A stretch of 58,332 nt of DNA from Deltaproteobacteria bacterium (GTDB lineage: Bacteria > Myxococcota_A > UBA9160 > SMWR01), in NCBI GenBank assembly GCA_032128115.1, contig JAQBHB010000034.1, forward strand, positions 1 to 58,332, read 5' to 3'. The notes under the pieces are model-generated. The model had not been told where the DNA came from. It ran no database searches and saw nothing but the letters and a program-made list of their open reading frames with translations. Positions within the stretch are counted from its first letter, which is position 1. The number at the start of each line of letters is the position of its first letter. Position numbers and translations under genes: made by a program. Positions 9,995 through 20,139 of the stretch are shown here, one piece after another.

Positions 9995-10776
9995 GGCACG
10001 TGACCCATGTGGCCGGGCGCGAGCTTCGTGGCCTGTTCGTCTCGCCGGTGGCCTACGGAGTGATGAGCCTGTTCGCGGTGCTCGCGGGCTTCTTCTTCAT
10101 CCTGAACGTCGCCTACTTCGAGACCGAGGTGTTCCGGGCGACCCAGTTCCAGGCCTTTGAACGGCTCCAGACCCTGAACCTGAACGACCACCTGATCGGC
10201 GAGTTCCTGGGCTCCATGTCGGTGGTGCTGATGTTCCTGATCCCCGGCATCACCATGGGGCTGTTCGCTTCGGAGAAGACCAACGGCACCCAGGAGCTGT
10301 TGATGACGAGCCCGCTCACCATCTGGGACATCGTACTCGGCAAGTTCCTGGCGGCGGCGCTGTTCGTGACGCTCCTGGTGGGAATCGTGGCGTTGTTTCC
10401 CGGTCTGCTGTTCGTGTATGGGGATCCCGAAGGCGCGCGCACCGTATCGGGGTTGGTGGCTGTGCTGCTGGTGGGCTGGACCTACGTGGCCATCGGCACT
10501 TTTGCATCGTCGCTCACCCGCAGCCAGGTGATCGCCTTCCTGATGACCTTCGTGCTGCTGCTGTGCATGTTGCTGCTTCCGGCCATCGTGCAGCTCGGGA
10601 TCGCCACCACGTCGGGCGGCGTGGGCGAGGTGCTGAAGTGGATCTCCACCGGTTCGCACTTCGAGTCGCTTCTCAAGGGCGTCGTCGATACTGCGGACCT
10701 GGCGTACTTCGCGGTGATGATCGGGGTGTTCCTGATCCTGACGAAGGCCGCCGTGGAGTCCGTGCGATGGCGCTAG
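9991..10776 (+). CDS. ABC-2 type permease (GldF-like)
   Basis: RELRGLFVSPVAY, PGITMGLFASEKTNGTQELLMTSP, IVLGKF, SSLTRSQVIA. Confidence 0.85.
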
Positions 10777-10795
10777 GCCGGGGGAGGGCGCGCGC

Positions 10796-12388
10796 GTGAA
10801 GGGCCTGCCGGCACTGCTCGGGTCCCTTGGGCTCATCGGGGTGGTCTTCGGGCTCCTGAGCTTCCTGTTCGCCCTGTTCGCGCCCATCGATGCCTTCTGG
10901 ATCGGGACGAATCTGGTGATCGGAGTGCTGCTGCTGGGGGTGGCAGCGGTGTTGAGCGTCGACACCCTGCGCGAGCGCATGGTCTCGGGAGAGGCGCGGC
11001 GCGTCGGCAGGTTCGGCACCAGCGCCGTCCTCACCACCGTGCTGGCGATCGCGATCCTCGGGATGCTGGGATACACGGCCAAGCTTTTCCCGCGTCGCTG
11101 GGACTCGAGCGAGGCCAGGGTCCATTCGCTCTCGGACCAGTCGGTCAAGCTGCTTCAGGGGCTCGATCGCAACGTGCAGGTGACCGCGATCTTCGGGCCC
11201 ATCGAGCTGCCCTACGTGCGCGAGTTCCTGGACCGCTACGCCTACGTGAGCGACGCCTTCGAGGTCGACTATGTGGACCCCAACGCCAAGCCCCACGTGC
11301 TGGAGCAGCTGGGAATCCTGCCGGAGGAGCTGGGGGAGGGGCTGATCCACGTGCAGTTGGGTGACGACTCGGTGCGCGTGACCGAGCTCAGCGAGGAGAA
11401 CATCACCAACGCCATGGTGAAGCTCTCGCGCACGGGCACCAAGCAGGTCTACTTCCTGGAGGGCCACAACGAGCGCCCGATGGAAGGCGCCGCGGACACC
11501 AAGGAGGGTTTCCAGCGCGCGGCCGAAGCCCTGCGCAACGAGAACTACCAGGTGGAGACCCTGCTGCTGGCCGCTCAGGGCGACGTACCGGAGGATGCCG
11601 ACGTGGTGATCGTCGCGGGGGCCACCCGGCCCCTGCTCAGCGAGGAGAGCCAGGCCCTGACTCGCTACCTGGCCCGGGGGGGCGCCCTGATGGTGATGGT
11701 GGACCCGAGGGCCAAGACCGATCTGGTGGACCAGGTGCGCGGCTGGGGTGTGAACGTGGGCGAAGACCTGGTGGTCGATCGCAAACTCGCCCTGTTTGGA
11801 CAGCCGACCTCGCCGTTCGCCGAGCGCTACGACCCGGATCACGAAATCACGCGCGATCTGCGCGAGACCACCAGTTTCTACGTGGCCCGCAGCGTCCAGG
11901 CCGATCCGGACTCGGACGGCCAGTTCACGGAACTCGTGTTCACCGGTGGGGACTCCTGGGCCGAGCGCGACGTGGATCTCTACTACAAGACCTCGCGAGC
12001 GCAGCTCGACGAGGGGGATCTCCCTGGTCCCGTGCCCATCGCCGTGGCCGGAATCCCCGCCGTGGATCGCGACGGCGCGGCGGCAGGGGACGTGGGGGAG
12101 GACCCGATCGAGCCTCGCCTGGCCGTCTTTGGAGACTCGGACTTCGCGTCCAACGCCCTGATCGAGCGCTATCGGAACCGCGACCTGTTCGTGAACAGCG
12201 TGAACTGGCTGCTGGGAGACGTGGAAGCCATCTCGATTCGTCCGGCGCGTTCGCGAGCGTCGCGCTTCCAGCTCACCCAGGATCAGTTCGCGAGAATCCG
12301 CACCCTCTCGCTGTTCGTTCTGCCCGAGGCGATCGCCGTGCTCGGCGTGATCACCTGGTGGAGGCGTAGGCACCCGAGCGGTGCCTGA
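10796..12388 (+). CDS. GldG-family ABC auxiliary protein
   Basis: HSLSDQS, YVDP, VYFLEGHNE, RLAVFGDSDF, NRDLFVNSVNWL, C-terminal TM plus WWRRR. Confidence 0.85.
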   Translation: MKGLPALLGSLGLIGVVFGLLSFLFALFAPIDAFWIGTNLVIGVLLLGVAAVLSVDTLRERMVSGEARRVGRFGTSAVLTTVLAIAILGMLGYTAKLFPRRWDSSEARVHSLSDQSVKLLQGLDRNVQVTAIFGPIELPYVREFLDRYAYVSDAFEVDYVDPNAKPHVLEQLGILPEELGEGLIHVQLGDDSVRVTELSEENITNAMVKLSRTGTKQVYFLEGHNERPMEGAADTKEGFQRAAEALRNENYQVETLLLAAQGDVPEDADVVIVAGATRPLLSEESQALTRYLARGGALMVMVDPRAKTDLVDQVRGWGVNVGEDLVVDRKLALFGQPTSPFAERYDPDHEITRDLRETTSFYVARSVQADPDSDGQFTELVFTGGDSWAERDVDLYYKTSRAQLDEGDLPGPVPIAVAGIPAVDRDGAAAGDVGEDPIEPRLAVFGDSDFASNALIERYRNRDLFVNSVNWLLGDVEAISIRPARSRASRFQLTQDQFARIRTLSLFVLPEAIAVLGVITWWRRRHPSGA

Positions 12389-12394
12389 GCGCCA

Positions 12395-13879
12395 GTGAGC
12401 CCGAAGACCACAGGGATCGCCTTTCTGATCGCCGCGGCGCTGGCCGCCTTTCTCTACTTCTATCAGGTACGCGGGGCGCCCGAGCGCGCCCGGGTCGAGG
12501 CGGAGTCCAAGCGCCTGTTCCCCGACCTGGAAGACGGCGTGGTCGAGTGGATCGAGCTCACCACCAGCGACGGAAAACAGGCCCGCGCCGAGCGACGGGA
12601 CGGTCGCTGGCAGCTCACCCGGCCCGTGGAGTTTCCCGGCGACGAATTCGCCCTGGACAGTGTGGCCTCGACGCTGGTCCAGATGGCCAGCGAGTTGGTG
12701 TTCGAGGATCCGGAACCGCTCCCCGTCTACGGACTCGATCAGGACGGCGGGGTGGTGCGCTTCGGGGTGGGTGGAGACACGTTCGAGCTGCGCACCGGAG
12801 ACGACACCCCGGTGGGATCGAACACCTACGCGGCGGTGGCGGGTCGCGACGAGGTGGTGGCGGTGCTCACCTACCGGGTCGCGTCCCTGCGCAAGGCACT
12901 GGACGAACTGCGCGACAAGCGCATCCTGCGCTTCGATACGGCGTCGATCGATCGCGTGACCGCCACCTGGCAGGACGGCCATGTGCGGCTCGAGCGCGGT
13001 GGCGACGGCTGGCGCCTGCTGGAGCCGCTGGAAGGCCCCGCGGACGCGGCAGGCGTGGAGGCCCTGTTGGCGGACCTTTCGTTCCTGCGCGCCGAGGGCT
13101 TCCTGGACGATCCGCCCAGCGACGCAAAGCTGGGACTGCTGCGGCCCGCGTTCCAGGTGGAGCTTCGGGGCCTCGGGGAAGGCGAGGGCGAGGAGCCGGT
13201 GGAACTCGAACTGGCCATCGGCCAGACCTACGACGGCGAGTCCCGCGCGGTGCGGGCGGGCGGCGCGACGCGCTACCGGATCGCGGAAGCGCGACTTGCA
13301 GACTTCCCCCAGGAGTTGGTGGCCTACCGCTTCCGCGACCTGGCTTCGTTTCCCGCAAGCGACGCGAAGCGCCTGGAGATCGTCTTCGCCCCCGATCCGG
13401 CTCTTCCCGTGAGCGCCGAACCGTTGACCCTCACGGCCATCCGGGACGAGAAGGGTTGGACCACCACTCCCGAGTCCTTCCGGCCCGGCGCCGTCGGGCG
13501 GCTGATGGTGGAACTCTCGCGCTTGAAGGCAGGCGAAATCATGGCCGAGAGCGCCGGTGACGACGAGTTGCAGTCTCTGCGCCTGAGCCCGGCGGCCGCC
13601 GTCTATCGTGTGTACGACGACGTGGAAGGCGGTGAGCTTCTGGCCCAGGTGGATCTCGGCACCATTCAGGGAAACCGCTGGATCCTGGCCCGGACGCCCG
13701 GGCACGACACCGTCTTCGGCCTCGACCTCGGCCTGGCCGAGTATCTGCCCGTGAGTCTGGATGCGTTTCGAAGCCGCTTCGCCGCCGAAGCGGAAGCCGA
13801 ACCGGAAGCGGAGGGCGATCTCCCCGGCATGGAGTTCGACGACGACGATCTCTTCGACGCCGTGGACGAGTCGCCGTAG
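12395..13879 (+). CDS. DUF4340-type periplasmic protein
   Basis: N-terminal TM, repeated W-x-L-x-x-P...YGL...G..TP modules, ELRDKRIL; usual position after gldG. Confidence 0.75.
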   Translation: MSPKTTGIAFLIAAALAAFLYFYQVRGAPERARVEAESKRLFPDLEDGVVEWIELTTSDGKQARAERRDGRWQLTRPVEFPGDEFALDSVASTLVQMASELVFEDPEPLPVYGLDQDGGVVRFGVGGDTFELRTGDDTPVGSNTYAAVAGRDEVVAVLTYRVASLRKALDELRDKRILRFDTASIDRVTATWQDGHVRLERGGDGWRLLEPLEGPADAAGVEALLADLSFLRAEGFLDDPPSDAKLGLLRPAFQVELRGLGEGEGEEPVELELAIGQTYDGESRAVRAGGATRYRIAEARLADFPQELVAYRFRDLASFPASDAKRLEIVFAPDPALPVSAEPLTLTAIRDEKGWTTTPESFRPGAVGRLMVELSRLKAGEIMAESAGDDELQSLRLSPAAAVYRVYDDVEGGELLAQVDLGTIQGNRWILARTPGHDTVFGLDLGLAEYLPVSLDAFRSRFAAEAEAEPEAEGDLPGMEFDDDDLFDAVDESP

Positions 13880-13886
13880 GCGCCGC

Positions 13887-14681
13887 CTAGCTCATCAGGA
13901 TTTCCAGCATCGCATCGTGGATGTGGGCGTTGCTGGCCAGGCATTCGGCGCCGGAGCGAGGGGCCATCGCGCCCGACAGGTCGCTGGCGCGCCCCCCCGC
14001 CTCTTCCACGATCAGGAGTCCCGCGGCCACGTCCCAGGCGTGCAGGCGCAGCTCCCAGAACCCGTCGAAGCGGCCCGCCGCCACGTAGCACAGGTCCAGG
14101 GCGGCGCTGCCGTCGCGGCGCAGGGCGCGCGATCGCTTCAGGAACGCGATGAAGTGCTTCACGTTGTCGTTCGGGTTGCGGCGCACGTCGTAGGCGAAGC
14201 CGGTGGCCAGCAGGGCGTTCTCGAGTCGCGTCTCCGACGACACCCGGATCGATCTCCCGTTCAGGGTCGCACCCTCACCGCGGGTCGCCGCGAACAGCTC
14301 GTCCAGCAGGGGGTCGTAGACCACCCCCACGCTGCGCACATCCTCGCACTCCACGCCGATCGAGACGCAAAAGCGCGGATAGCCGTGGGCGTAGTTGGTG
14401 GTGCCGTCCACCGGGTCGATGATCCAGCGGAAGCGCGCCCCGTCCCGGTCGTGACCACTGCCCTCTTCGGCGACGATGCCGTCGTCGGGCCGCTCGCGTC
14501 CGAGGGCGTCCACGATCAGCTTCTCGCAGGCGTGATCCACTTCGGTCACGAGATCGATGGACGTGCCCTTGGTGCGCACGTCGAGCTCGGTTTCGTAGCG
14601 CTGTTTCTGGACGGCTCCGGCCTCTCGGGCCAGGCGCTCCGCCAGAGCGCGCACCTGCTGCAGCTCGCCGGGGCCGCTCAT
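13887..14681 (-). CDS. suhB: Inositol monophosphatase family protein
   Basis: DLVTEVD, WIIDPVDGTTNY, RRDGSAALDLCYVAAGRFDGFWE, WDVAAG. Confidence 0.9.
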   Translation of the reverse strand: MSGPGELQQVRALAERLAREAGAVQKQRYETELDVRTKGTSIDLVTEVDHACEKLIVDALGRERPDDGIVAEEGSGHDRDGARFRWIIDPVDGTTNYAHGYPRFCVSIGVECEDVRSVGVVYDPLLDELFAATRGEGATLNGRSIRVSSETRLENALLATGFAYDVRRNPNDNVKHFIAFLKRSRALRRDGSAALDLCYVAAGRFDGFWELRLHAWDVAAGLLIVEEAGGRASDLSGAMAPRSGAECLASNAHIHDAMLEILMS

Positions 14682-15463
14682 GTCAGCCGGAACAGGCGGC
14701 GGGCGTTGCCCGTGGTGGTGGCGGCGATCTCTTCGACGGGCAGCTGGTGGGTGGCGGCCAGCGCCTCGCCCACCAGCGTCACGTGCGCCGGCTCGTTGCG
14801 GCGCCCCCGGAATCCCTCGGGCGACAGCAGGGGGGCGTCGGTCTCCACCAGCAGGCGATCCAGCGGCAGGGCCCTGGCGGTGTCGCGCAGCCCCCCGTCG
14901 CGCTTGAAGGTGAGAATGCCCGAGAACGAGATATACAGCCCCGCGTCCAGTGCGCGGCGCGCGAAATCCAGACTCCCCGTGAAGCAGTGGAGCACGCCTT
15001 CCAGGCTGCCGCCGCCCTCAACCTGCCACAGGTCGAGAAGCTCGTTGTAGGCGCTGTCGTCGTCGCCGCGCACGTGGATCGAGACCGGCAGGTTTCGCTC
15101 GCGCGCCGAGGCCAGCTGTTCTGCCAGCACCTGGCGCTGGGTCTCGCGCGGCGAGTGCTCGTAGTGATAGTCGAGCCCACACTCGCCCACCGCCACCACC
15201 CGCGGGTGCGAGAGCCAGGCGGCGAGCTGCTCGCGCCCCGAATCGTCCAGATCCCTGGCTTCGTGGGGATGCACGCCCACCGTGGCGTACACCGATGGCT
15301 CGGACTCGGCCAGCCGCAACGCGCGTTGGTTGCGCTCGATTCCGTAGCCCGAGCCAATTGCGATCAGGGTCTCGACGCCCGCCCGGTGGGCGCGCGCCAG
15401 CACCGCGTCTCGATCCTCGCCGAACTCGTCGGCGGTCAGGTGGCAGTGGCTGTCCAGCCACAT
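14678..15463 (-). CDS. tatD: TatD family hydrolase
   Basis: DSHCHL, GVHPH, VGECGLDY, HCFTG, ETDAP, RNEPA. Confidence 0.93.
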   Translation of the reverse strand: MWLDSHCHLTADEFGEDRDAVLARAHRAGVETLIAIGSGYGIERNQRALRLAESEPSVYATVGVHPHEARDLDDSGREQLAAWLSHPRVVAVGECGLDYHYEHSPRETQRQVLAEQLASARERNLPVSIHVRGDDDSAYNELLDLWQVEGGGSLEGVLHCFTGSLDFARRALDAGLYISFSGILTFKRDGGLRDTARALPLDRLLVETDAPLLSPEGFRGRRNEPAHVTLVGEALAATHQLPVEEIAATTTGNARRLFRLT

Positions 15464-17026
15464 TCACGCGTCTCCCGGCGGGTCCAGGCGCGGGAACAGC
15501 GCCGCGCCCTTGGTCGTGGCAGTGCCCGGCGCCAGCATGCCCCAGCGCGACGCGTCGTCGGGAAGGCGCGCCTGCTCGAGGGCCCCGGGGAGGCCCAGGC
15601 GCGCGAGGATCTGCGGGGCCGTGTCCGGCAGGAACGGCGCGAGCAGCAGGGCCGCCACCCGCAGGGCCTCGCAGCTGGTGTAGAGGGTCGTGGCCACCCG
15701 CTGCTTCGACGTCTCGTCGTTCGCCTTGGCGAGCTTCCACGGCGCGCGGTTCTCCAGGTACCGGTTCACCACGTCCAGAAACTCGAAGATCGCCTCCAGG
15801 GCCCGGTGGGGTTCGCAGCTGCGCATGTGGTCGTCCACCTTCGCCGCCGCCCGCGCTGCCGCATCGGCCACCTGCCGGTCCAGGTCGTCCGGCGGCTGGG
15901 GCTCGGGCACGACACCGCCCGCGTATCGCGCGGTCATGTTCAGGGTGCGGCTCACCAGGTTGCCCAGGTTGTTGGCCAGGTCGGCGTTGATACGCGCCAC
16001 CACACCCTCTTCGGTGAAGTTCGCGTCCAGCCCGAAAACCATGTCGCGCAGCAACACGTAGCGCGACGCCTCGAATCCGTAGCGGTCGCGCAGGGCGAGG
16101 GGTGAGATCTTGTTGCCAAGACTCTTGGACACCTTGCGCTCGTCCGCCTTCCAGTGGCCATGCACGTGCAGGTGCCGGAACAGGGGCAGCCCTATCGCCT
16201 TCAGCATGATGGGCCAGAAGATCGCGTGGGGCTTCAGGATGTCCTTGCCGATCACGTGTTCGACGGAACCCCACAGCGTTTCGAAGTCGGGGCCATCCGG
16301 GTAACCCGCGGCGGTGACGTAGTTGATCAGGGCGTCGAACCAGACGTAGCAGACGTAGTTCGAGTCGAAGGGCAGCTCGATACCCCACGACAGCCGGTCC
16401 TTGGGGCGCGAAATGCAGAGATCGCCCAGGCCGCTCTCTTCCCGGAGCATGGCCAGCGCTTCGTTGCGATAGCCCTTTGGGCGGATCCAGTCCGGGTTCG
16501 CCTCCATGGTCTCGGCCAGCCATTTGAAGTGTCGGCTGATCCGGAAGAAGTAGTTGGACTCGAGCCGCTTCTCGGGAGCGCGCTCGTGGTCTCGGCACAG
16601 GCCGTCCACCAGGTCGCGGTCGGTCAGGAAGCGCTCGCAGCCGACGCAGTACAGACCCTCGTACTCCTGGAAATAGATCTCGCCCGCGTCGTACACCTTC
16701 TGCAGGATCGCCTGAACCACCTGCTGGTGGTCCGGGTCGGTGGTGCGGATGAAGCGATCGTAGGAGAACCCCAGTTCGTCCCACGCGGTTTGAAACGCAT
16801 TCGAGTACTGGTCGGCCACCTGCTTTGGCGACTCGCCCCGGGCCAGCGCCACCTGGGCCACCTTCTCCCCGTGCTCGTCGGTGCCCGTCAGGAACCAGGT
16901 CTGGTCACCGGCCAGGCGGTGGTAGCGGGCCAGCGAATCCACCACCAGGGTCGTGTAGGTGTGACCGATGTGCGGCTCGGCGTTCACGTAGTAGATGGGC
17001 GTGGTGACGTAGAAGGCGCCGCTCAT
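15464..17026 (-). CDS. metG: Methionine--tRNA ligase (short form)
   Basis: FYVTTPIYYVN, HIGH, GTDEHG, YVWFDAL, GKDI, KVSKS, LANNLGNL. Confidence 0.95.
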   Translation of the reverse strand: MSGAFYVTTPIYYVNAEPHIGHTYTTLVVDSLARYHRLAGDQTWFLTGTDEHGEKVAQVALARGESPKQVADQYSNAFQTAWDELGFSYDRFIRTTDPDHQQVVQAILQKVYDAGEIYFQEYEGLYCVGCERFLTDRDLVDGLCRDHERAPEKRLESNYFFRISRHFKWLAETMEANPDWIRPKGYRNEALAMLREESGLGDLCISRPKDRLSWGIELPFDSNYVCYVWFDALINYVTAAGYPDGPDFETLWGSVEHVIGKDILKPHAIFWPIMLKAIGLPLFRHLHVHGHWKADERKVSKSLGNKISPLALRDRYGFEASRYVLLRDMVFGLDANFTEEGVVARINADLANNLGNLVSRTLNMTARYAGGVVPEPQPPDDLDRQVADAAARAAAKVDDHMRSCEPHRALEAIFEFLDVVNRYLENRAPWKLAKANDETSKQRVATTLYTSCEALRVAALLLAPFLPDTAPQILARLGLPGALEQARLPDDASRWGMLAPGTATTKGAALFPRLDPPGDA

Positions 17027-17904
17027 CGGGAGGCGGCCTCGCGCAGGGCGAGCAGGGCGCGCTCTGCCACCATCTGGGGGTTGGCATTTCGCTGCACCAG
17101 TGACTTGCGACAGGAAGACAGCACCCGGTGGGCGTCCAGGGCGGATGCCACCGGAACCTCCGGGTCGCGCACGCCGGCGATCACGCGCGCCCGCAGCCAG
17201 GCCCCGGATGTCTCCAGCAGCTGCGAAACGCCTTGCACCGCGCTCGCCCGCGCACCGCGATACTCCTCGGCCCAATCCAGCAGAGCGGGCACGCTGGCGG
17301 AGCCGATGGCGTCGAGACGCCCCACCAGCTCGCGGTTCTCCTCGGACCCGAGCGGGTCGCTGCGCGTGGCTCGGAACGCCACCTTCTGGCAGCGCGAGCG
17401 CAAGGTGACCAGCAGACCCGCCGAGCTCGCGGTCACCAGAACCAATGTCGTGAGCGGCGGTGGCTCTTCCAGCAGACGCAGCAGCGCGTTCTGGGCTTCC
17501 TGGTTCAACCACTCGGCGTCGGCGATCACCCCGGCGCGTCGACCCCCTTCGCTCGAGCGCAGGCGGAAGGCGGCCTGGAGCGCGCGGACCTGGGCGATGC
17601 GCACCCGCGTATCGTTCTCGCCGCGCTCGACCCAGAGCAGATCCGGGTGGTCTCCCACGTGGCGCAGCAGTGGTCCCGCCTTGCCCGTTCCGTCGATCTC
17701 GATGGGCTCGCGCGGGCTCGAGCGTTGGCAGTCGCGACAGCTGTCGCAGGGGCGGGGACCGGAACCGGTGCAGACCAGCCCGCGTGCGAACTGAAGGGCC
17801 GCCTGCCTCGGCGCCTCCCCCGGCCCGGACAGCAGGTAGGCCGAGTGGATGCGCTCGCTTTCCAGGCTGCGCTTCAGCAGCGTTTCGGCGTCAGCGGTGG
17901 ACAT
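17023..17904 (-). CDS. holB: DNA polymerase III delta' subunit
   Basis: HSAYLLSG, C..PCDSCRDC zinc motif, HPDL, AQNALLRLLEEPP, LRSRC; holB-metG-tatD gene order. Confidence 0.85.
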   Translation of the reverse strand: MSTADAETLLKRSLESERIHSAYLLSGPGEAPRQAALQFARGLVCTGSGPRPCDSCRDCQRSSPREPIEIDGTGKAGPLLRHVGDHPDLLWVERGENDTRVRIAQVRALQAAFRLRSSEGGRRAGVIADAEWLNQEAQNALLRLLEEPPPLTTLVLVTASSAGLLVTLRSRCQKVAFRATRSDPLGSEENRELVGRLDAIGSASVPALLDWAEEYRGARASAVQGVSQLLETSGAWLRARVIAGVRDPEVPVASALDAHRVLSSCRKSLVQRNANPQMVAERALLALREAASR

Positions 17905-18069
17905 CGGGCGGCAAGACTAGCAGCAAGGGCATCCGTTCACGTGAACTTGGGTGGGAAAGCCCGCACGGTCGCAGGTGCGCATCTGGGGCTGCAAGGTCTT
18001 TCGTTCGCTTGCTTCTCAAGTCTTGTGGGCACTTCGCCGATTCCCACCGCAACCAAGGAGGATTCCCAC

Positions 18070-18594
18070 ATGGCGCTCAGTTCGTTCGGTCGCGGCCGCG
18101 ATTCGGATTCCAACGCTTCCATCGGCGATTCGTCGGGCCGGGGCACGGCAGCCCCGGCCGCGGCGAGTGCTTCAGGCGGCCTCACCGCCTTCATCGATCG
18201 TGGATCGGATTTCGAGGGCAAGCTGTCGTTCCAGGACACCGTCCGGATCGATGGACGCTTCAGCGGCGAAATCACCAGCGAGAACACGCTGATCGTGGGG
18301 GAGAGCGGTGAGATCCAGGCGAAGATCAAGTCGGCCACCGTGGCCATCAGCGGCACGGTCGAGGGCGACATCATCGCAACCAAGCGGCTGGTGCTGCACA
18401 AGACGGCCCAGGTGATTGGCGATGTGGAGACGCCCTGCCTCGTGGTCGAAGACGGGGCCGTTCTCAACGGCCAGATCAAGATGGCTTCCGGAAAGCCGGG
18501 AAGCCTCAAGGCGATCGAAGGCGGCGCAGAGCCGTCCAAGGCGAAGACCGAGGGCCACTCGATTTCGCCTTCTCGCCCCTCGTCCTCTTCCTGA
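18070..18594 (+). CDS. Bactofilin (polymer-forming cytoskeletal protein)
   Basis: AAGGAGG SD; FIDRGSDFEGKL..VRIDG...GEI...LIVGESG...ISGTVEGDI...VEDGAVLNG beta-helix repeats. Confidence 0.9.
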   Translation: MALSSFGRGRDSDSNASIGDSSGRGTAAPAAASASGGLTAFIDRGSDFEGKLSFQDTVRIDGRFSGEITSENTLIVGESGEIQAKIKSATVAISGTVEGDIIATKRLVLHKTAQVIGDVETPCLVVEDGAVLNGQIKMASGKPGSLKAIEGGAEPSKAKTEGHSISPSRPSSSS

Positions 18595-18629
18595 ATCGAC
18601 CGAACCGAGGCTGAACCCAGCGGGCGTGC

Positions 18630-18657
18630 GGCCGCCGGCTCTTTCGAGCCGGCGGCC
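18630..18657. terminator. Stem-loop between convergent genes
   Basis: GGCCGCCGGCTC-TTTC-GAGCCGGCGGCC perfect 12-bp stem; no U-tract. Confidence 0.6.
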
Positions 18658-18672
18658 CCGCTACCCCTCGGC

Positions 18673-19365
18673 CTAGCGGGCGACCTTGAACACCTCGTCG
18701 CCCTCGCGGACGCGCTGGGAGACCTGCACGCCGACGGTCTGTCCGCCCCGGACCGACTCCACCACCTGATGATCGAGTTCGATCCGATCGAGGCGCTGGT
18801 AGAAATCGGTGGTGTGACCCCGGAAGTGGACCGAGTCGCCCGAGCGCAGTTCGCCCGTCTCGATCCGGAGGATCGCGGCATTCACGTGCCCGTAGAAATG
18901 GGTCACCACACCCAGACGGGCGGGCGTAGCCTGTGCCACGCTCGCGGCCGCGGGCGCGGACGGTGAGGGGGTTGTCCCCCCAAGGCGCGGCGTCGGCGGA
19001 ATCGACGGCACCGCCCTCACCGCGGCGGCCGGCGCAGCGGCAGGAGCCCCCGGCCTCGGCGAGCGCGGCGTGGTCTTCTTGCGGGCGGCCTTCTTCCGGG
19101 TCGCCTTCTTCTTCCCGGTCACCTTCTTTTTCCGGGTCGCCTTCTTCTTGCGGGTCGCCTTCTTCTTGCCCGGCTTCCGGCCGACTTTCTTGGTCTTCTT
19201 GCGCCCGACCTTCTTCTTGCGCCCGGCCTTCTTCTTGCGGGCCTTCTTCTTTCGGGCCTTCTTCCGGGTGGTCTTCTTCTTCGCCTTCTTCCTCGGGGCC
19301 TTCCGGCGTGCCGGCTTGCGGGCGGCCTTTTTCTTGCGTTTGGTGGATCGCTTGCGAGCGGCCAT
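18673..19365 (-). CDS. Lys/Arg-rich histone-like protein with C-terminal translation-factor-like beta-barrel
   Basis: GGAGG SD; KKKATRKK-type repeats over about 95 aa; C-terminal GVVTHFY...LRSGD.VHFRGHTTDF...VREGDEVFK. Confidence 0.8.
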   Translation of the reverse strand: MAARKRSTKRKKKAARKPARRKAPRKKAKKKTTRKKARKKKARKKKAGRKKKVGRKKTKKVGRKPGKKKATRKKKATRKKKVTGKKKATRKKAARKKTTPRSPRPGAPAAAPAAAVRAVPSIPPTPRLGGTTPSPSAPAAASVAQATPARLGVVTHFYGHVNAAILRIETGELRSGDSVHFRGHTTDFYQRLDRIELDHQVVESVRGGQTVGVQVSQRVREGDEVFKVAR

Positions 19366-19479
19366 TGAATACCTCCAATTCGATTCCCTGGCGGCGGGAT
19401 TCTAGGCGCGAGTCGAAAGGACGGTCAATGCGGGTCTGGATGTTTGAGGTCGCGGTCCCCGGGCACTAGGCTTGCTGTG

Positions 19480-20139
19480 ATGAGGGTCACGGTGAAGCTG
19501 TTCGGTGCCGTCTGCGAGTCAGCGGGAGCCAGGGAGTTGACGGTTGAGGTGCCGAACGGGGCGTCCATCGCCGATCTGCGTGGACTGCTGGCCCGTGAGC
19601 ACCCGATTTTCCTCGAATTCGGGCGCCGCCTGGCGGTGTCGGTGAACCTGGAGTTCGCCGACTTCGAGACTCCCCTCTGCGAGGGAGACGAGGTGGCGTT
19701 CCTGCCGCCGGTTTCCGGAGGCGAGGGAGACTGTACGATTTCCGAGACCCCGCTCGATGTGTCTGCCGTGGTCGCCAAGGTGACCGGACCCGGCATGGGT
19801 GGAATCGTCACCTTCGTGGGTGCCGTGCGCGACCACGCCCGCGGTCGGGCGATCCGTCACCTGGAGTACGAGGCCTATCCGGCCATGGCCGTGCGCGAGA
19901 TGGACAAGATCGCGGACGAGGCCGCCCGGCGTTGGCAGGGCGCGCGGGTGGCGATTGCCCACCGCGCGGGACACCTCGAAGTGGGTGATCTGGCGGTGGT
20001 GGTGGCGGCAGCGGCGCCCCATCGGGCCGAGGCCTTCGCCGCCTGTCGCTTTGCCATCGACACCCTCAAGGAGACCGTCCCCATCTGGAAGAAGGAGGTG
20101 GCCTCCGACGGGGAGTTCTGGGTCGACGACCACCCGTGA
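19480..20139 (+). CDS. moaE: Fused molybdopterin synthase MoaD (sulfur carrier)-MoaE (catalytic subunit)
   Basis: MRVTVKLFG...GDEVAFLPPVSGG followed in frame by GGIVTFVGAVR, LEYEAY, HRAEAF, VPIWKKE. Confidence 0.92.
   Translation: MRVTVKLFGAVCESAGARELTVEVPNGASIADLRGLLAREHPIFLEFGRRLAVSVNLEFADFETPLCEGDEVAFLPPVSGGEGDCTISETPLDVSAVVAKVTGPGMGGIVTFVGAVRDHARGRAIRHLEYEAYPAMAVREMDKIADEAARRWQGARVAIAHRAGHLEVGDLAVVVAAAAPHRAEAFAACRFAIDTLKETVPIWKKEVASDGEFWVDDHP

Noticed and set aside
10673..13705. 1010-aa minus-strand ORF (likewise 45289-48276 and many others)
   Set aside because: Antisense to well-supported genes; long stop-free antisense frames are expected at this GC content.
19070..19340. Periodic TTCTTCTT repeats as a CRISPR or non-coding array
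   Set aside because: These are Lys codon runs of the minus-strand histone-like protein; no spacers or cas genes.
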